Assembly (NCBI RefSeq): GCF_009914755.1
Contig: NC_060934.1
From: the human T2T-CHM13v2.0 reference genome, Homo sapiens
DNA: 64,000 nucleotides
Reading direction: 5' to 3' (one strand)
A program made the translations under genes and the position numbers. This document shows positions 56,161 through 64,000 of the stretch, one piece after another. Every line of letters starts with the position of its first letter. Position 1 is the stretch's first letter. The notes below the pieces were generated by a model, which made no database searches, was not told where the DNA came from, and worked only from the letters and a program-made list of their open reading frames with translations.

Positions 56161-56365
56161 CTCTCAGGAATCCTGGGTTCGTTGTTCTCGTGATTTAACG
56201 TTTCATAATTTTTAAGTCATTCTCTTTCACTGTTAGATTTGGGAATACCTGTTCCTTTTCAGACCATAGTAGGCCCAGACTAAATTTTTACAGCGTTGGT
56301 TGGTGTGGCAAGAATGAGTCAACAAGTGTTGAGTATTAGGACTTTTTTTTTTTTTTTTTTTTTGA

Positions 56366-56671
<306 letters not shown>

Positions 56672-58186
56672 TTATGTAGTGAACATTCGATTTGGGTCGC
56701 AATTACACAGACATTGACGGGCAACTGGAGCCTCCCAGGGACTCCTGCACGAGAGGGAGTTACTGAAGTCCCTGCAGAGTGACTGTTTTCCCCTCGTCAG
56801 TGCCTCCTTTTCTTCAGGTCTCAAGGACGGGATGAGCTTGCCTTGGAAAGCTTTGTGGGAGTCTCGTATTTTACCTTCATAGCAAAAGTTGTTTCCCCAC
56901 TTCTCTCCACCATTTCTTATTTCTTCCTGACAGTTGTTCTGGCACATCTCTTGATCGATTGTAGTATTTTCTTTCTTTCTTTTTGAGATGGAGTCTCGCT
57001 CTGTTGGCCAGGTTGGAGCGCAGTGGTGTGATCCTGACTGCAGCCACCGCCTCCCAGGTTCAAGTGATTTTCCTGCCTCAGCCTCCCGAGTAGCTGGGAC
57101 TACAGGCATGCGCCACCAGGCCTGGCTAATTTTTGTATTTTCAGTAGAAGTGGAGTTTCACCATGTTGGCCAGACTGGTCTTGAACTCCTAATCTCAAGT
57201 GATTCACTTGCCTCAGCCTCCCAAAGTGTTAGGATTACAGGCATGAGCTACTGTGCCCAGCCAGATTGTAGTATTTTCGAGTGCAGGAGTCATGTCTTAT
57301 TTGTATTTTTGGTCAACCATCTCTCAGGTTTGTTGAAGGAATTTGCTCTTTGGATTATATGAACTTTGTTCATGTTATTGACTTATGTGGAGAACTTTAG
57401 AATATATTATACACCATCCGTCTTCTGTTCTGTGGAGTGAGATTTATATTTTTAGAGAACAGATGACTTATCTAAAAAATGGGTGATGGTAATTGTTTGG
57501 TGATTGGAAGTAAAAAAAAAAAAATCACATCGGGAAAGTGTGGTATTCAGTTCATTCTAGAAGATGTTGAGTGAGTGCCTGTCCTGTGCATCGGGTACTG
57601 TGTTACAAAAATGCATTAGATAAAATACCTGCCTCTTTGGAAGTCATTTTCAAGAGAGGTAAGTCGAGGCCGGGTGCGGTGGCTCTCGCCTGTAATCCCA
57701 GCACTTTGGGAGGCTGAGGCGGGCAAATCACGAGGTCAGGAGATCGAGACCATCCTGGCTAACACGGTGAAACCCCGTCTCTACTAAAAATACAGAAAAA
57801 TTAGCCAGGCGTGGTGGCGGGCGCCTGTAGTCCCAGCTGCTGGGGAGGCTGAGGCAGGAGAATGGTGTGAACTGAACCCAGGAGGCAGAGCTTGCAGTGA
57901 ACCGAGATCGCGCCACTGCACTCCAGCCTGGGCAACAGAGCAAGACTCCATCTCAAAAAAAAAAAAAAAAAAGTGGGGTAAGTCATATCTCGTATGACCA
58001 TACTAGAAATAAAACATTGTTATCATGGAGGACACACATGGATTGGGAGAGGAGAAGAGTGTGGTTAGCTGTGGTAAGTTGGAGAGTCAGGGGGAACCTT
58101 ATGAAGTAGGTAACCTTTGACTTGGTCCCCCTTCAGGATGTGCGAACGGCATTAGGTGCAGAAGAACGTAGAGAAGATCTTGTGTG

Positions 58187-58430
58187 GGCCCAGAGGGGAG
58201 ACCGTGTGTGCCCCTCATAGTACTTGGCAGACTGTTGTGACCACCCGTTTACTTGTCTCACTTGTAGGCCCAGAGGGGAGACAGTGTGTGCCCCTTATAG
58301 TACTTGGCAGACTCTTGTGACCACCCATTTACTTGTCTCACTTGTAGGCCCAGAGGGGAGACTGGGCGTGCCCCTTATAGTACAATACTTGGCAGACTGT
58401 GTTGTGCCCACCTGTTTACTTCTGTCACTG
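58187..58430. repeat. 80-bp tandem repeat, 3 copies, in GTPBP4 intron 1
   Basis: ggcccagaggggagac... at 58187, 58267, 58347. Confidence 0.92.
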
Positions 58431-58848
58431 GACCCTGAATTCCGTGAAGGAAGGGACAGTATCTTGTTCATTATCTTCAGCACCCAAGTATCCCTAACAA
58501 CCTTTGTATGAAATAATATTGAGTTAATCAAATTGTTGAATTAATCAAAGTGTTCAAGAAAAAAGGTCAAGTAATATTGTGTGGCTAGATACATTGGATT
58601 TAGGAATCCTGGGGATCGGATCCTTATTAAAGAGAAGTGCTGACTCTTTGCACTGGGTAACTCATGCAAAAATCCTTCATCTCCTCAAATAGTTCCCTTC
58701 CATCTCTTTGGAAATTATAAACAGTGGATTTTAGTTTTACCTGTTATTTTATGTACTTTCAAAGTCAAGGGTATGCATAAACAAATGGGAGGATTGTTTC
58801 TTTTTCTCAACTATTCTAATTTATGGTTTGAATTCTCTGATTATTTAA

Positions 58849-59124
<276 letters not shown>

Positions 59125-59436
59125 TAGCCAGGATGGTCTCGATCTCCTGACCTCGTGATCCACCCGCCTCAGCCTCCCAAAGTGCTGGGATTACAGGCGT
59201 GAGCCACCGCGCCCGGCCGGTGTAAAATTTATCTTAGCCATGTGTTTCAAGATGAACAAGGTTGTACATGAAACGTTTAGTAAATTTTTGTAATTTAAAA
59301 TATGTAGTACTGTAAGATATTAGTGTTTTAAGAAGGTTTCAGGGCCGGGCGTGGTGGCTCACGCCTGTAATCCCAGCACTTTGGGAGGCCGAGGCAGGTG
59401 GATCACGAGGTCAGGATATCAAGACCATCCTGGCTA

Positions 59437-59686
<250 letters not shown>

Positions 59687-59712
59687 TTATGTTTTATTTT
59701 CTTTAATTGCAG

Positions 59713-59883
59713 GACTTCATAGACCTCACGTTGTCGAAGACTCAACGAAAGACTCCAACCGTTATTCATAAACATTACCAAATACATCGCATTAGACATT
59801 TTTACATGAGAAAAGTCAAATTTACTCAACAGAATTACCATGATAGACTTTCACAAATTCTAACAGATTTCCCCAAATTGGAT
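59713..59883 (+). CDS. GTPBP4: GTPBP4 coding exon 2 ([16 protein letters not shown]...FPKLD)
   Basis: Acceptor ttgcag|, donor GAT|GTAAGT, 171 nt, in frame with exon 1. Confidence 0.97.
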
Positions 59884-60437
59884 GTAAGTGACTTAGGGGA
59901 CTTCTGTGGTTATGTAAATACGGGCTTTCAGAGAACCAGTGTTTAACCAGTTTGGTGTACTCATTTGACAGAAAAGGAAACAAAATAATTGACTTAGGTT
60001 ACTCAGTAAGTTAGTGGCAAAGAACTAATTTGTTGAATTTATAAAAGTGAGAACAGAATTTGGGTTTTTTGATTCCCTAGTATTCTTTCTTTCCTCCAAC
60101 CAAAACCCATCTAAGGAGGCCCCAAGCTGTCTTCTCAGGCTTTCTGTGTAAACCCTGGGCTTGCAGGTGCCAACCCAAGTGTTAATGATAGCTGTGGGTT
60201 ATGAACACAGAAGCTAGCAGCTCACTGGTTGTCTGGGCTTTATCTCTTCCACCTTCTTTCCAAGGGTTTTTTTTTTCCTCTGGGCTCAGCTTGGGTCAGT
60301 GGCGTAAGATCCACCACTGTTTGTGATCTTGTTGCTTCATCAGCTGATGACAGTCAGTTCAGCACTGACTGTTTTCTTCTTTGGCAAGGAGAGATCACAT
60401 GGGAGCTATGACTTTTGAATGAAGCCAGAAACCTTGA

Positions 60438-60689
<252 letters not shown>

Positions 60690-61005
60690 TGAACTCCTGA
60701 CCTCAAATGATCTACCTGCCTCAGCCTCCCAAAGTGCTGGGATTACAGGCGTGAGCCACCACGCCTGGCCTGCCTGTTTCTTTAGCTGTAGAAAAGCAAG
60801 AGCAGAAACTGCCTGGCAAACTAACAAAGCCTTATGACACCATGTGTGGGGTAATGTGGTTGCAAGGTTAATTGAGGTTGTGAAGGGCGTGGGGATCAGC
60901 AGTATAGTCTCAAAGCCTAAATCTGCCGTTGCCCCAGAATAGTCCCTGAAGGCAGGTGTAGGCAGAGAGAAATGTTTGGCTTCTGTGACAGTACTTCATA
61001 TTTAA

Positions 61006-61298
<293 letters not shown>

Positions 61299-61543
61299 TA
61301 AAATACAGAAGTGCTTAAAATACAAAAATTCTTGCTAGAGGACGGACACTTAGGTTGTGTCTAGCTAGGATTTGACACAGTTGCTCAGTAGATGTTTGTT
61401 GAATGAGTGAATGGTTTCTTGAGAAAGGTCAGGTACTAGAGAGTACCTGGGGGTGAAGAAAGTGATTTAAGAATGAGATTTTTGTTTGTTTGTTTGTTTG
61501 TTTGTTTTGAGACAGTCTTGCTCTGTTGCCCAGGCTGGAGTAA

Positions 61544-61833
<290 letters not shown>

Positions 61834-62029
61834 TGATTTTAGCCAACAACATACTTTGATCTACTTAGTATCAGATTTTTGTGGTTCTTTTTAAGAAGTT
61901 TTGTCTTTTTCATCCTCAGTGTTATAGCCATCAGAGGTAGGAGAGTTCAAATGTATTAACATTCTATTACTCTTTTTAAAGCCAGGACTAGTTATCTGAG
62001 AACAGCTTCAGAGTGGAGGGTTAGATATT

Positions 62030-62830
62030 AAGTTGTCATTCACTGAATGCTTATTGTCTGTCAGGTACTGTTCTGAGCCCTAGGAATCCAGAAGTGGTAA
62101 AGGTTCCTGCTCTCATTCTGGTGGAGAAAAGATAGTAAATAGCATGTCAGATGAATGCAGTGAAGCCATGGAAGGGAGTAGGGAGTATCTGTGCGGGGAG
62201 AGGGTGTCAGGCCTGTAGTCAAAGAAGCAGCAGGTGCAGGAGACCCAGGAGGTGGGGCAGGCTAGGGAGGTGAACACTGGGACATGGGATTGGAGGTGGT
62301 AGTCAAGGGTCGAGTTTATATGCACTGGTGAGATATCTCAGGAGATGCTGGCCTGGTGATTTAAAATGCATTAGTAAAATGTAGACGACATTTAAATCTA
62401 TCTGAGATCACCTTGGAAGGGAATGTAGGAAGAAGGGTGCTGTGGGGAGCATGAATGTTTGGGGTAGAGCTGTGAGCACTAGCCAGCACAGGACTTAGAG
62501 GGGTCAGACTCTCCACCTAGAAGCTGTGAGGAAAATACCGCAGGCAGGATGCATGGCCAGCCCGCAGCGTTTCAAGAGGTCTGTGAGATAAAAACTGAGA
62601 ATTGGTCATTGGGAGGTCCTTGGTGAGCTTGTAGGCTGTTTAGATGGAGTGGTGGACACAGAATTCTGGAGAGAGTGGGTTCAAGAGAGGGAGGAGAGGA
62701 GAGACACAGTGTGTCTTGGGAGCAAAGAGGGAATTGGAAGGATTTTGGGGCTATGGGAATTTTTGATTTTTTTTCCTAAAGATTGAGAAATAACAGCAAA
62801 TTTTTAGGCTGATGGGAATAGTCAGGTGGA
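62030..62830. mobile_element. L2 fragments
   Basis: cattcactgaatgcttattg...gataaaaactgagaattggtcattgg...ggagagagtgggttcaagag. Confidence 0.6.
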
Positions 62831-63146
62831 GGGAAGAATTTCTAGTGCTGAGTTCCTGAGCAACAGGAAGGGTACATGCAGGGTCGGGGGCTGGTCATTG
62901 CTGGGTCCCACAGCTCTACCACTGCACTGAGAGCGAGGTGGGTGGGAGCCGTGACTGTCGGCACCCGCATCCCTTCTGATGCCTGTTTTCTCAGAGGACT
63001 AAATAGACAGGGCCCCTGGCCAGGAGAGGGAACTGGGGAGGAGACACTGCAGGCGTGGAGGGAGAGGGAAAGAAATTGTTCTTCAAGTGGTAGGGATGAA
63101 AAACTGCTGGCCCCAAGTGACCGTGGTGTGCTTTTGTTTGTTACAG

Positions 63147-63250
63147 GATATTCATCCGTTCTATGCTGATTTGATGAATATTCTCTACGACAAGGATCAT
63201 TACAAGTTGGCTCTGGGGCAAATAAATATTGCCAAAAATTTAGTGGACAA
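63147..63250 (+). CDS. GTPBP4: GTPBP4 coding exon 3 ([34 protein letters not shown])
   Basis: Acceptor ttgttacag|, donor AA|GTAAGG, 104 nt, conserved NOG1 IHPFY motif. Confidence 0.96.
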
Positions 63251-63326
63251 GTAAGGTACTTTTTTCTGTAGTGTCTTTTAAGTTATCGAAAGTGGAAAAA
63301 AAACTAATATTTTTTATTTTTTACAG

Positions 63327-63463
63327 TGTTGCTAAAGATTATGTGCGACTGATGAAGTATGGCGACTCTCTCTACCGCTGCAAACAGCTGAAGCGTGCGG
63401 CCCTGGGACGGATGTGCACAGTGATCAAGAGGCAGAAGCAGAGTTTGGAGTATTTGGAGCAAG
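63327..63463 (+). CDS. GTPBP4: GTPBP4 coding exon 4 ([32 protein letters not shown]...LEQ)
   Basis: Acceptor ttttttacag|, donor AAG|GTGCTT, 137 nt, phase 2 start matches exon 3; gene continues past the window. Confidence 0.95.
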
Positions 63464-64000
63464 GTGCTTGTCACGCATCCGCGGGAACCGTGCTAGCATC
63501 CTGCTGAGAGGATGCGTCCTTGTTGAGGACTTGAGATGTCTGTTTTTCTTGTATTTTGGAGATGACAGGGTCAGTTATTCTTCCTAGCTTTACCTATGAG
63601 AAACAGTAATAGGCTGGTTTTTATTGAAAATAAATACTTACAAATCAATAGCACTGATAAGAAAATTTATATATTTCATATTTAATAGGTAAGGCATACA
63701 CAAAAAAGTCACGAGAAAATACTGAAAAGTATAAAAACTAAGGTGGCTCATAGTTTATTATTGACTTTTTTATTTTTAAAAATACTTGTATTTAATAGGA
63801 CTTTCTGAATTAACGTACTAGGATTCTGTTGAAACAATTACTTGCTTATTGTGTGTATTCTTACATGACAAATTATTTTGACTCATTCGGTTTTGTTTTC
63901 TCTCCTGCATCTTAGAAATAATTTTTAACAAAATTTGTGATACTTGGATGCCTTGCAGGTGCTTTGCTACAGATCTGTGTGGTCTTCATGATGGCCGGGG

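Overview
Alu-rich primate DNA, almost certainly human. The only intact coding sequence is the 5' end of GTPBP4 (NOG1, nucleolar GTPase): a CpG-island promoter near 55.6 kb and coding exons 1-4 on the + strand (55708-63463, continuing beyond the window). From recall, GTPBP4 lies at subtelomeric 10p15.3 next to LARP4B, so the upstream 55 kb would be the LARP4B-GTPBP4 interval; that placement cannot be checked from the sequence. The upstream region holds about 45 Alus, old L1, L2, MIR, MaLR and MER2 fragments, and at least 8 minisatellites, several seeded inside transposons. Main hunt result: the unique (non-repeat) islands between 2.9 and 54.6 kb are often bounded by + strand splice sites, and their hand translations, broken by stops and frameshifts, give recurrent EF-hand-like helix-loop-helix motifs ending in a plausible C-terminus 1.1 kb before GTPBP4. 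I propose a fossil multi-EF-hand (EFCAB6-like) gene, i.e. a unitary pseudogene. This rests on by-eye translation and needs a profile/synteny search. Repeat boundaries and subfamily names are approximate.
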